Source of the DNA: Acidobacteriota bacterium | Lineage (GTDB): Bacteria > Acidobacteriota > CAIWXX01 | Length of the DNA stretch: 64,000 nucleotides | NCBI GenBank assembly: GCA_040755995.1 | Contig: JBFMAF010000016.1 | Location: 1 to 64,000 of the forward strand | Direction: 5' to 3' | Shown: positions 19,457 to 29,340 of the stretch, in pieces | Position numbering within the stretch: position 1 is the stretch's first letter | Layout of the letters: each line of letters starts with the position of its first letter | Translations under genes and position numbers: made by a program | Notes under the pieces: generated by a model | Database searches by the model: none | Seen by the model: the letters and a program-made list of their open reading frames with translations, nothing else | What the model was told of the DNA's origin: nothing

Positions 19457-21394
19457 TCACGATCTTCGCCGTATCGTGAAATACCCATCGCTGATCCCGA
19501 CGCAGCCGTACTGAGTTGTCACCATGATCTGGTAGTCGCTTCCAGGAACCGTTGATTTCGGTATTCTCCATCGGAATGCACCCTTCCCACCTCCTCCGAT
19601 TGATACACGCGCCTTCAGGGTCGAAACGACGGAACCGGCCTCAAGCAGGTCAATGCGCGCGTAGGTTCCCGTGGCACCGGTGTAGGTCCACCGGATCGTC
19701 TTGGTCGTTCCGGCCCGCCAGACATCTCCATCGCGCGGAGAAGTGACTGTCACAGAACCTGTTCCCTCGGAGACCACTACGTACCCTGTTCTGGCTTCCG
19801 TGTCAGAACCGCCTGGCCCCGAGACCGTGAGCGTCACGGTGAAGATGCCTTTCGACGCGTAGGTGTGCGTGGGATTCGGCTCTTCCGACGTTCTGCCATC
19901 TCCGAAGCTCCAGGACCATGCAGAGATCGTGCCGCTCGACTGATCCGTGAAGCTGACGACAAGCGGCGCTTGGCCCGAGGTCGGAGTCGCGCTGAAGATG
20001 GCTACGGGCGCACTTCCGCCTGAGCTGTACTCGAACGCGCCGATGTCGAAGCCCGCCCCCTGCGGCCTCGCGACGCCATCGTAGTCCACGGAGGGCGCAG
20101 AAACCGAGGAACCGCTGTCGATGGCAGGTGAGCTCGAAAGGAGGCGGAAATTCCCGCCAGAGGCGCTCCCGAACGCCGGGTCGCCTTGCACGGCTGCAGT
20201 GCCGATGATCTCTCCGGGGCAGTCCCGGTATCCGTCCACAAGATTGTGGTCGACGGAAAGGTTGCCTGCGGGGACGCTCGGGTCCTTCGCCATCTGAAAG
20301 GAAAGGTTCTGACTGCAGATGTTGTTTCGAACGATGACGCCGGAGGCATCGGGATTGTCGATCGTGATCCCGCCTCCCCAGCCACTCTGTCCATTCCCAT
20401 AGAACGTGTTGTTCACGATGAGGACATTGCGCATCGGGTGATGCGGGACAGGATTGCCCCAGTTCGCGACGGTGAGCCCGACGAACTTGTTGCCATAAGA
20501 GATGTTGTCAGAGACTTCCACGGTTTCGAGGAGACCGCCGCTTTCGGAGGCGATGTCGATGCCATCGCTCTCGCAATGATGAACGAGATTGCGCGTGACC
20601 CTGATATTGAACGTGTGCTTGTCCCAGGCATCGACGTAAAGGCCGACTCTGTTGATGTTGTACACGTGGTTGCCGATGACAACGCCGTTGGCAGAGCCAT
20701 CCTTCGCGTCTATACCCTCACCGCCGTTCGAGCCCGGACCCCCGTCGTGCACAGTGTTGTTGCTCACGACGAAACCGTTCGTCGTGCCAATCGTGATGCA
20801 TTCCTGATCGCCGTCATTGCAGGCGAGCACCACCTCGTTGGAGTCGACGGTTATGTTGTCGCTATTCCAGACTCCGATGCCCGAGGACCAGGTGTTGTAG
20901 GTGAAGTTCTTCTCGATAGTGACGTGGCTCGTCGTGTCAGCCAGGATCCCAGCCTTGGACGAGTTGATCACTCGCAGGCCGGATATCCTGACATGGCTGC
21001 GATTTGAAACATCAAGGAGGCCACTGTATTCGGGCACTGAAACGCCGGCTCCATTGATCGTCACGATTTCGCCGGTGTATGCCGCGATTGTGATTTCACT
21101 CCCCGCCGCCCCGGAGTTTTCCACAACAACCCGTTCTGAGTACGTTCCGCCCCTGATGTATAGCGTGTCGCCTGCCACGACCTCAGAGGCTCCGTGCTGG
21201 ACCGTTCGCCATGGGCTCGCCAGGCTGCCCGAGTTGCCGTCGCTTCCCCCGGGCGATACGTAGTAAGTCGCGCTCACCACGCACTTGTGACTCAGCAGGA
21301 CCAGGATGAGTGCGTTGACAATCGCAGGAACAAGCATTGAACGATACCGAGGCAATCCCGACGCTGGGCTCATGTTCCCTCCAGTTTCACACAC
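19457..21394 (-). CDS. secreted right-handed beta-helix (DUF1565-like) protein with PKD and C-terminal Ig-like domain
   Basis: ATYYVSPGGSDGNSGS..SPWRT; GDTLYIRGGTY; parallel beta-helix repeats; SSPAIDSG...DIGAFEY; PKD WSWSFGDG; terminal VTSPRDGDVWRAG..IRW repeat. Confidence 0.85.
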   Translation of the reverse strand: MCETGGNMSPASGLPRYRSMLVPAIVNALILVLLSHKCVVSATYYVSPGGSDGNSGSLASPWRTVQHGASEVVAGDTLYIRGGTYSERVVVENSGAAGSEITIAAYTGEIVTINGAGVSVPEYSGLLDVSNRSHVRISGLRVINSSKAGILADTTSHVTIEKNFTYNTWSSGIGVWNSDNITVDSNEVVLACNDGDQECITIGTTNGFVVSNNTVHDGGPGSNGGEGIDAKDGSANGVVIGNHVYNINRVGLYVDAWDKHTFNIRVTRNLVHHCESDGIDIASESGGLLETVEVSDNISYGNKFVGLTVANWGNPVPHHPMRNVLIVNNTFYGNGQSGWGGGITIDNPDASGVIVRNNICSQNLSFQMAKDPSVPAGNLSVDHNLVDGYRDCPGEIIGTAAVQGDPAFGSASGGNFRLLSSSPAIDSGSSVSAPSVDYDGVARPQGAGFDIGAFEYSSGGSAPVAIFSATPTSGQAPLVVSFTDQSSGTISAWSWSFGDGRTSEEPNPTHTYASKGIFTVTLTVSGPGGSDTEARTGYVVVSEGTGSVTVTSPRDGDVWRAGTTKTIRWTYTGATGTYARIDLLEAGSVVSTLKARVSIGGGGKGAFRWRIPKSTVPGSDYQIMVTTQYGCVGISDGYFTIRRRS

Positions 21395-21401
21395 AAAGCA
21401 C

Positions 21402-22301
21402 CTATGGGCATGTGAAAGGTCCCTCTGGAATTCTCGTCAACCCGATGTCCGAGACGTAGGGCAGAGCGCCGGCGCTGCAGGCGTTCGAGATCGCTTTCTG
21501 TTCGGTGGCGGAGTCGCCACCGGCAGCATAGTCCGTTGCCATCACCAGCAGCCCCGCGCCCGATACCTTGCGCAGTGCATCAAGCGCTGCCTGGACATCC
21601 TCAGGACCCTGCAACAGATACCTGTCGTTGTCGAAATCATAAGTCGACGTCACGTCCTCGCGATTCCATCCGTCATAGTCTGCGAGGGAAGGGCCGATTA
21701 CCTCCTCACCGTTCTGGCTGAACAGGAAGCCATTCCTTCCATGAACCAACAGCGACAAGGCGTGCACGAGTTTTCGCATGCCAGGAGCCTGCCTGGGATG
21801 GTCCGATATCATGTCGGTGTTGTCCAGGAAGAGGCCGTCAATACCTTTCGCGAGCATCCAGGGGGCAACGCGATTCCGCAACACCTTTCTATATCCGGCC
21901 TTGCTGGTGTCTGCGTACCACTCGCCCCAGTCCCCCCAGTAGTCCAGCCGATATCGTTTGACGGCCTTGTACCACCACCGCCAGTTCTCGATTGTGCCAA
22001 CTGAGAGATAGGCGAGCACCAGGACGCCGTGCTGGTGAAGAGTCCGGACCTGTTCTACAGTGACAGCCTCGCCATCCACTATCACGAGGTCAAAGGCGCC
22101 GAGCTTGTCCCCGACGTCACCATCGAGACATCCGTCGCCGATTGCGAATGCAAACGACTTGACGGTGTCGAGCCGCGGTGACCCGGTCGCCAACAGCTGG
22201 CGACTCCAGACAACGGACATCACGACTACACCGACCAAGATGATCGCCAGGCTGCGATGGCGCACCGGGGTCCTGATACAGCTCATCGTCTCACCATCCA
22301 A
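21402..22301 (-). CDS. GH114-like endo-alpha-1,4-polygalactosaminidase, exported
   Basis: LAYLSVGTIENWR, WGEWYAD, KGIDGLFLDNTD and QNG motifs; N-terminal hydrophobic segment. Confidence 0.8.
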   Translation of the reverse strand: MDGETMSCIRTPVRHRSLAIILVGVVVMSVVWSRQLLATGSPRLDTVKSFAFAIGDGCLDGDVGDKLGAFDLVIVDGEAVTVEQVRTLHQHGVLVLAYLSVGTIENWRWWYKAVKRYRLDYWGDWGEWYADTSKAGYRKVLRNRVAPWMLAKGIDGLFLDNTDMISDHPRQAPGMRKLVHALSLLVHGRNGFLFSQNGEEVIGPSLADYDGWNREDVTSTYDFDNDRYLLQGPEDVQAALDALRKVSGAGLLVMATDYAAGGDSATEQKAISNACSAGALPYVSDIGLTRIPEGPFTCP

Positions 22302-22591
22302 TCATTTCGCGATTCCATTCGAAAGCAACGACAAAGCCCCAGCCCGAAGGAAGGCTGCTCCGACCGAGGGACTGCCAATACTGAGTCCCCTGGCTCTCAT
22401 TGTGGGATCCTCTTCGGAAAACCAATCGAATCCGAATCTTCTGACATACAAATGATAGGCTCATGGCTCTCAGAATTCAGTGATCACGATCACTTCCTGG
22501 CCGCCTCACCAGGGTTCTCCTCGCCAACATTGTTCGCTGCGACGCGTAGACGCGGGGCATCCAGATCCTGCGCGAGATTGGCGGAAACAGG

Positions 22592-22849
22592 ATGTATGAG
22601 GCCGAGGCCATGGACCGCATGGGGTCCGTTCTGATGGAGCTCGGCGAGCACTCCGCCGCACGGAAGGCACTGACCGAATCCTACCGAATCGGCAAGGAGG
22701 TCCCCGAAGGTTTCGCAGAGGGCTGTACCTTTCTGCCCGACAATGCACTGTGCGATCTCGCGATGTTGAACGCCAGAGAAGGCGACCTGGTCCACGCCCT
22801 CATCGCCGTGATTACGACGCTCACCAGAGCCCTGCACCGCGCTCCGTGA
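22592..22849 (+). pseudogene. TPR-like protein fragment
   Basis: EAEAMDRMGSVLMELGEHSAARKALTESY is TPR-like; short and without a clear N-terminus. Confidence 0.35.
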
Positions 22850-23139
22850 GCCACACTGATCACGTGCCGGTCGAGGGAAAGAAGCTCATCGGCGCGTGCA
22901 ACTACAACCTGTACTCGATGAGAGGTGACAGCGACCGTCATCCCGCCTATCGGGAGTTCGCGGAGGTCATCGAGAAGGCGACGACTCTTCTCAAGGAGAG
23001 TCCATTATTTCGTCCCCCCGGAAACGCGTCTCGTCGCCTTCCGAGCGGATCATGGGCCCGAAGGCGCTGCGAGGCAATCGCGCGGACTTGTCAGCAGGGC
23101 ATCGGGCGAGTAGGCTTTTGTCAGGGAGGCATGTGACCC

Positions 23140-24384
23140 ATGAGAAGAAGAATCGCAAGCGATGGCGGGGCGTACGGGGGAGCGTTTGCATCACGGAGTC
23201 TGCCGCGGCTCTCCGCCGCGCTCCTTGCGGCGGCTTTGGCGCTAGTCGCGGCGTGGCCTGCGGCCGCGCAGGTCTCGGGCGGGATACACATCACTCGCAG
23301 ACCCGAGGTCGGCAAGATCTCGGGGAGCACGGTCACGATAACGTGGACGACGGACAAGGCCAGAGCGGGATCGGTCCAGTGGGGCGACAGCAGGGGTCAC
23401 TACAAGGGCGCACTCAGCGAGAGCGTTCCCACTAAGAACCACACTGTCCGGATCACCGGCCTAGCCCGGAATACGACCTACCACTATAAGGTCAAGACTG
23501 GCAGCGCCAAGTCAAGGGACCGCGCCTTTATGACGGCGGACTACGACGACACGCCCTTCACCTTCGCCAATATGGGCGACAACCGGGGCGATTCGATTGC
23601 GAACGACACGCAACACGTGACCCCGGGGTTCCAGAACGTCGTCGATGCGGCGACGGCCAAGGCCCCAGCTTTCACGGTTCACGTGGGCGACATGTTTGTC
23701 GGGGACACCAGCCTCGCCAATACGCAGATGATGTACGACGTCTTCAAGGCGGCGATCCAGCCCCTAGTCTCCGCCTCCGCGTTCACGCAATACCCGTTCA
23801 CCGTCAGTCCCGGAAACCACGAGATGAGGCCGGGCTGCTCCAGCTTGGAGACCTCTGGCGAGGAGTCCTGCGCGCCAGCCTTCGACCCCTTCCAGCTCTT
23901 CAACCAGGAGCTCCCGAATCAACCGCAGAACGGGCCTCAGGGCTACGTTGGGACGACCTTCTCCTTCGACTACGGCAACACCCACATCGCCTCTATCGAC
24001 GCCTGCCGTTTCGACGCCAACGCGACAACCGCCGATTGGGACCTCTACCACCTTGACGACGAGGTGATCACCTGGCTGGACGCGGACCTCACGGCAGCCC
24101 AGCAGGCGCACGTCCGCCACATCTTCGTCTTCGGACATCCGGAGGCATGGGCCCCGGATGGCGTGCGATGGTCCGTCGGCTCGTCCGGCTCGCAGGCCGA
24201 CCTGTACGCCGCAGTCAACCACCTGGCCGTGGGCTCGGGGGGCACGATCCTGGCCTCGCAGGACGGCGTCACTTGGACGCCGCAAGCTTCGGGAACCGCG
24301 GCCACCCTGCGGGAGGTGGCAGAGGGGCCAGTTCTTGTGGCGGTGGGGGACGGCGAACGGCGCTCCGCTCCACCCCGCCGCTGA
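23140..24384 (+). CDS. secreted FN3 + calcineurin-like metallophosphoesterase (purple acid phosphatase-like), C-terminally truncated
   Basis: Signal peptide; NHTVRITGL..NTTYHYKV; GDNRG, VGDM, PGNHE and VFGHP motifs. A beta-propeller-like insert (AVGSGGTILASQDGVTW) is cut at ~24355 by attC-like DNA. Confidence 0.75.
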   Translation: MRRRIASDGGAYGGAFASRSLPRLSAALLAAALALVAAWPAAAQVSGGIHITRRPEVGKISGSTVTITWTTDKARAGSVQWGDSRGHYKGALSESVPTKNHTVRITGLARNTTYHYKVKTGSAKSRDRAFMTADYDDTPFTFANMGDNRGDSIANDTQHVTPGFQNVVDAATAKAPAFTVHVGDMFVGDTSLANTQMMYDVFKAAIQPLVSASAFTQYPFTVSPGNHEMRPGCSSLETSGEESCAPAFDPFQLFNQELPNQPQNGPQGYVGTTFSFDYGNTHIASIDACRFDANATTADWDLYHLDDEVITWLDADLTAAQQAHVRHIFVFGHPEAWAPDGVRWSVGSSGSQADLYAAVNHLAVGSGGTILASQDGVTWTPQASGTAATLREVAEGPVLVAVGDGERRSAPPRR

Positions 24385-24832
24385 ACCGGAACGTCATGCC
24401 GTTTCGCGCAATGAAAGCAATCCTCGCCATTCCGTTCCTGCTGGCTGTCGCACTTGTCGTTCATTCCCAAGGCTCGTTCAGCGGTTTCACGGTTTGGAAT
24501 GCGCTTCCCGTCGTGCTGGGTTTTGGTGTGCTCATGCTTGGGCTGCGCTCTCGTCGTGCGATCACCGTCGGCTGCATTGCGTTCGCGATCTCAGCCACGC
24601 TTCTTGTGGCTCTATTTCATCTGGCTTGGCTGTTCGACTGGGGCGGCACGGCGACTGGTTCGTCCACATCAGCGCTCGCGTTCATCTTCGTTCCGATTTG
24701 GGCCTGTCTTTTCGCCGGCATCATTGGAGTCGCGGCGTGGGGTATCAGTCGAGTTGTTTGTCGGAGGCGTGTTACAGGGGAGAGCACCTGAGCACACAAC
24801 GGCCTAACCATGCGCCGCAGCGAACCCGGCCA
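24375..24832 (+). mobile_element. probable stranded integron gene cassette with attC half-sites
   Basis: Upstream GCCGCTGAACCGGAACGTCATGCCGT resembles an attC right end. Downstream of the ORF, ACGGCCTAACCATGCGCCGCAGCGAAC (GCCTAAC at 24802-24808) resembles an attC left end. The reverse complement of ACGGCCTAAC is GTTAGGCCGT versus cassette start GTCATGCCGT (8/10). Confidence 0.6.
24411..24791 (+). CDS. small 4-TM membrane protein (cassette cargo)
   Basis: 126 aa, four hydrophobic segments, GSSTSALAFIFVPIW motif, bounded tightly by the attC-like ends. Confidence 0.7.
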   Translation: MKAILAIPFLLAVALVVHSQGSFSGFTVWNALPVVLGFGVLMLGLRSRRAITVGCIAFAISATLLVALFHLAWLFDWGGTATGSSTSALAFIFVPIWACLFAGIIGVAAWGISRVVCRRRVTGEST

Positions 24833-25074
24833 TCGTGGATCGTGTGGCATTTGTATGCATGCATGGTCGGTTTCCTAATCGTGGTCGTGACCGTATTCGT
24901 TGTCGGCATCGACCACGACGTGGAATGTCGCGGTCTTCTTTGCATCGTCCGCAGAGTCGATGTAGAGTCCTCGACGAACATCGCGGATCTCTCGACGGAA
25001 TGAAGCCCTGAGCAAGCAACGGAGCAAGTGCATGGAACAGCTGCGGGACAAGATCGTTCTCCTAACGGGTTATT

Positions 25075-25295
25075 CCTGCGTATACCGCAGTCCCGATAGA
25101 TTTCGATGACGCCCTGGTCACGGCTTTGCACAGCCGGGATCTGCCGGCCGACTGGAAGAAGTACCCTCCTTCGGCCTCCACCCAGGCCATCGGAGACGCG
25201 TCGGTCGCGGCCGCCAGTAGCCCTATGCTCAAGGTTCCCAGCGTCGTCGTCCCCACTGAGTTCACCTACGTGCTATTCCCAGCCATCCGGATCTT
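25075..25295 (+). pseudogene. RES-domain toxin C-terminal fragment
   Basis: LPADWKKYPPSASTQAIGD....ASSPMLKVPSVVVPTEFTYVLFP is the characteristic RES C-terminus. No N-terminus or Xre/MbcA partner is present. Confidence 0.7.
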
Positions 25296-25703
25296 GCGCG
25301 CATCCGGATCGGAAATCCGATGCAGTTCCCGTTCGATCCGAGATTACTGTAGTATTCACGGCGAGTCGGCGCAGCACGCGCCACGCCTCGGTTCCCAAGA
25401 GTGGAGGGCGGCAACACTTGAGGGTGCATCCACGGAGTGGTACTGGCGCTGCCACAGTACCGCCTTTCCACCTAGGCGTGCTCCATGGGCGCGAACTTCC
25501 CACCAATCGTCAGCTACGGCCTCCCCCCCGGTGGAGAGTGACCGCGCCGATGGACGTGTGATAGACCTCTCGTGTCTCAAGCGTGAGCGAAATGCCCCTT
25601 CCCTTTTTTCTGCCGATCTGATAGCATGATTGGCTGTCGCGTCAGAGTCTGCGGGCAATGGTGCCCATGCCTCTTTAGCGGCACCCAGCCTTAAGGAGGC
25701 TAT

Positions 25704-26039
25704 ATGGGTAAAAAGTTATTCGTCGGAAACCTCCCGTACACCGCAACCGATCAATTCCTGCAGGACACGTTCTCTCAGTGCGGAACCGTGGAATCCGCCA
25801 AGGTCATCAGCGACCGGGACACCGGCAGGAGCAAGGGCTTCGGATTCGTCGAGATGTCCAGTGAAGCGGAAGCGGCGGAGGCGATCAGGAGGCTCAACGG
25901 GTCGAACTACGAGGGCCGCGCACTGACCGTCAACGAAGCCAAGCCGATGGTCCCTCGCGAGAACAGAGGCGGCGGTTTTGGCTCGGGCAAGCGCGACCGA
26001 GGTGGCCGCGGCGGCTACGCCGGTCGAGGCGGCTACTGA
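25704..26039 (+). CDS. RRM RNA-binding protein with Gly-rich tail
   Basis: RNP2 LFVGNL and RNP1 KGFGFVEM; AAGGAGG RBS. Confidence 0.95.
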   Translation: MGKKLFVGNLPYTATDQFLQDTFSQCGTVESAKVISDRDTGRSKGFGFVEMSSEAEAAEAIRRLNGSNYEGRALTVNEAKPMVPRENRGGGFGSGKRDRGGRGGYAGRGGY

Positions 26040-26200
26040 TCGGTACGACTCGAATCATCGGCATCTATCGCGGGCTCCGCCCCATCGCGCGGAGACTCGT
26101 GTCCACGGCCGTGTCGTGGTCGCAGCTCTTCACGCGGCACTGAGAGGACACCAGCCGGTGGCGCCGGATTCCCAAACGACATACGCTCAAGGAGGTCTGC

Positions 26201-26395
26201 ATGGCCAAACCTGGAAAAGCCGCTCTAGGAAAGCGCGTGCGTGAAAGAGCCAAGATGGAGAAGCGCCAGAAGAAGGCTGAACGACGCGCCCAGAGGAAGG
26301 TGGAGAAGGAGAACAGGCCACGCGGAGAGGGTGAGCAGGACCCAGATCTGGCAGGGATAGTGCCCGGGCCCCAGCCCCCGCGGGACGACTTTTAG
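26201..26395 (+). CDS. small basic hypothetical protein
   Basis: AAGGAGG RBS; K/R/E-rich helix then DPDLAGIVPGPQP; follows the RRM gene. Confidence 0.75.
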   Translation: MAKPGKAALGKRVRERAKMEKRQKKAERRAQRKVEKENRPRGEGEQDPDLAGIVPGPQPPRDDF

Positions 26396-26632
26396 CGAGG
26401 CGATGCCTCGCTCCGATGAAGCATGCGAGGCCGATCTACGCAGCGCGTCACAAGACCACGGCACATTCAACGGGTCGACGCAGCGTATGACGCGCCGTAT
26501 TCGCGGGGATGGCCTCATGCCTTGGTCGCGCGAGCCCTCCCCCCACGCGCACACGGCGCCTCGCGCCGCCTTGCCTGACCGAGGGTGTCGCTTGAGTTTG
26601 AGCGCGATTCCTCTATCATATGAGTTTCGGAG

Positions 26633-27973
26633 ATGAGAGCGAAGGTGACCCTGGCGAGCGTGGTGGTGGTGGCGGCGGTCACGCTGTGCTGGGCCGGTGC
26701 GCTGGCATGCGCCGGCGAAGCGCCGTTCGAAGAGGTGTTGAGCCAGACTCAGACGCAGCCTGCGGCCGTCGGACTCAGGGACGTCTATCGTCAGGCCCTG
26801 GAGAAGAACGAGCGAATCGGAATTGCTGACGAGAACCTCCTGCAGGCCGGCTACTACCGCCGCCAGGCGCTGTCCGGCATCCTCCCCAGTCTGACGTTCC
26901 AGGGGGCGTACTTCCGGCAGAAGGCCACGGGTTCCACGGGGATTGCCGGGCAGTCGTTCTTGATCGACCGGAGGAGCACCTATTCGTTTCAGTTGGAGCA
27001 GAACATCTTCAGCGGTCTGCAGGAGCAGTTCGGTTTGCGGCAGGCGACCGTCCTGTCGCACGCCGCGGAGCAGGACTTGCAACGGCAGAAGGACTTGCTG
27101 CTTCTGGATGTCGCGCAGGCCTTCTACGATTCTCTGAAATTGCAGGCCGAGGTCGAGAACACCGCCAGCACTCTGAAGCTGCGCCGCGAGCTGCTCGCAG
27201 AAGCACAGGCCAGGAATGAGGTAGGTCTTGCGCGATACACCGACGTTCTGCTGATCGAGACGGAGGTGGCCGGTGACGAGTCCAACCTGATCCGGTCGGA
27301 GAATGCGCTGAGGACGGCGAGGGACCGGCTCGACTTTGTCGCGGGTGCCCCTATAGGGGGCGCTTTGGTAGATGACCTGGAGGAGACGGGGACCGAGCCC
27401 GATGCCGAGAAGCTTGTGGCCAAGGCGAGGATGTCACGCCCGGACTACCTCGAATCGCTGCGGCTGCTGGAAGCGGCCAAGTACGGAGTCAGGATCGTTC
27501 GCGGTGAGTATTCGCCCACGCTGGATTTCACCGGCAACTACTACACGCACCGCGAGGGGATTCAAGCGCCGGTCAACTGGGATTTCCAGGTCACGTTGAA
27601 GTTCGCGCTGTTTTCCGGGGGTGAGACGCGGGCGAAGGAGCTGCAGGCGCTGTCGAAGCAGCGCCAGGCGGAGCTGAACCGCAGCCGGCTTGAACGAGGG
27701 ATCGCATTGGAGATCGAGAACCAGCTCCTCGACCTGCTATCATACGATTCGCTGCTGGCGTCGATACGAAGGGAGATCGAGCTCGCCGAGGAGAACTACC
27801 GCGCGATGGAGGAGGAGTATCGGATGGGCCTTGCCACCAACCTCGAGGTCCAGGTGTCCTTCAACGCGATGCAGAATACGAAGCTGACCTTCGAGAAGGA
27901 GAAGCTCAACCGGAAGCTCTCGTGGGTTCGTCTGCAACTCGCGACGGGTGTCAATCCGGCGCTGGAGAAGTAG
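26633..27973 (+). CDS. TolC-family outer membrane efflux protein
   Basis: Signal peptide, two OEP repeats (LLLDVAQAFYD; EEYRMGLATNLEV; LQLATG), upstream of MFP and RND. Confidence 0.9.
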   Translation: MRAKVTLASVVVVAAVTLCWAGALACAGEAPFEEVLSQTQTQPAAVGLRDVYRQALEKNERIGIADENLLQAGYYRRQALSGILPSLTFQGAYFRQKATGSTGIAGQSFLIDRRSTYSFQLEQNIFSGLQEQFGLRQATVLSHAAEQDLQRQKDLLLLDVAQAFYDSLKLQAEVENTASTLKLRRELLAEAQARNEVGLARYTDVLLIETEVAGDESNLIRSENALRTARDRLDFVAGAPIGGALVDDLEETGTEPDAEKLVAKARMSRPDYLESLRLLEAAKYGVRIVRGEYSPTLDFTGNYYTHREGIQAPVNWDFQVTLKFALFSGGETRAKELQALSKQRQAELNRSRLERGIALEIENQLLDLLSYDSLLASIRREIELAEENYRAMEEEYRMGLATNLEVQVSFNAMQNTKLTFEKEKLNRKLSWVRLQLATGVNPALEK

Positions 27974-28095
27974 GTGAGAGTTTTCGGGCAGGTGGTCCGG
28001 CCGTCGCAGCGGTTAACGTCGAGGGACGGCGGGACAACAGTTATGCTCTGGGCTGAAGATGACGGCGGAGACGGCCACCGGCGCGGGAGACATGC

Positions 28096-29334
28096 ATGAG
28101 ACGAACTGCGGAACTGTACGGTGCAAGGCGTGGGGATTCCGGCGAGATGCAGAGAGCGACCGTTGAGAAGCGTCCGGCGGCTCAGATCCGATGGGCCGCG
28201 ACCGATGGCTTCCGAGCACACCCAGCATTCTCCCTGGTCGCATGGGCCGCGTTCATCGCTTCCCTGCTGGTGCTGCACGCCTGTTCAGGCAGCTCGAAAT
28301 CGGCTCCTCGACAGGAAGGCATGAGCGCGGGCGTCCCAGTCACCGTGGCGACCGTGGTCCAGAAGCCGGTCCCGGCGCAGGTCCGGGCCATCGCGAATGT
28401 GGAGGCGTATTCGACGGTCCTGATCAAGACCCGGGTCGCGGGCGAACTGACGCGTGTCCATTTCGAGGAAGGCGACGACGTGGCGCGGGGGGACCCGTTG
28501 TTCACCATCGACCCGCGCCCCTTCGAGTTGGCGCTGGAGGTGGCCGCTGCCGATCTGGAGAGGGACAAAGCAAGGGCGCGGAAGGCGGATGAGGATGTTC
28601 AGCGATACGCGGACCTTCTGAAGAAGCGGTACGCGTCGCAGGAGATGTACGATCGCACGCGCACGGACGCGGAGGCAATGAGGGCGACCGTGAAGGCCGA
28701 CGAGGCCGCGGTCGAGAACGCGCGGCTCCAGCTGAGCTACTGCACGATCTACGCGCCGATCTCCGGTCGCACAGGCAGCCTCCTGGTTCACGCCGGCAAC
28801 CAGATAAAGGCCAACGACGACAAGGGGCTGGTCGTCATCCACCAGATCCGCCCCATCTACGTCTCGTTCGCCGTGCCCCAGCGGCATCTATCGGAGATCC
28901 GTAAACACTGGTCCGCCGGGCGGCTGAAAGTCGAGGCCGTGGTGCCAGGAAACGACAGCCCTCCGCTCATGGGGAAGCTCACCTTCGTCGACAATGCCGT
29001 CGACGAGCAGACCGGCACGATCCGCCTCAAGGCCACCTTCCCCAACGACGACAAGGCACTCTGGCCGGGCGCCTTCGTCAACGTCACGCTCACGCTCAGC
29101 ATCCAACCGGACGCGATCGTCGTCCCCACGCGCGCGATCCAGACCGGCCAACAGGGCCAGTACGTGTTCGTGGTGAAGCCGGACATGACCGCCGAGAACC
29201 GCCCCGTCGTGGTGACCAGTACCGGTGAGACGGAGTCAGCGATCGAGAAGGGCGTGTCGCCCGGCGAACGAGTAGTCACGGACGGCCAGCTGCGGCTCGT
29301 GCCGGGCTCCAAGCTCGAGATCAAGAGTGAATAG
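28096..29334 (+). CDS. RND efflux membrane fusion protein (MdtA-like); true start probably downstream
   Basis: Lipobox-like LHAC; RVAGELTRVHFEEGDDVARGDPLFTIDPRPF; IYAPISGRTG; VDEQTGTIRLKATFPN. Confidence 0.92.
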   Translation: MRRTAELYGARRGDSGEMQRATVEKRPAAQIRWAATDGFRAHPAFSLVAWAAFIASLLVLHACSGSSKSAPRQEGMSAGVPVTVATVVQKPVPAQVRAIANVEAYSTVLIKTRVAGELTRVHFEEGDDVARGDPLFTIDPRPFELALEVAAADLERDKARARKADEDVQRYADLLKKRYASQEMYDRTRTDAEAMRATVKADEAAVENARLQLSYCTIYAPISGRTGSLLVHAGNQIKANDDKGLVVIHQIRPIYVSFAVPQRHLSEIRKHWSAGRLKVEAVVPGNDSPPLMGKLTFVDNAVDEQTGTIRLKATFPNDDKALWPGAFVNVTLTLSIQPDAIVVPTRAIQTGQQGQYVFVVKPDMTAENRPVVVTSTGETESAIEKGVSPGERVVTDGQLRLVPGSKLEIKSE

Positions 29335-29340
29335 GGTGCC

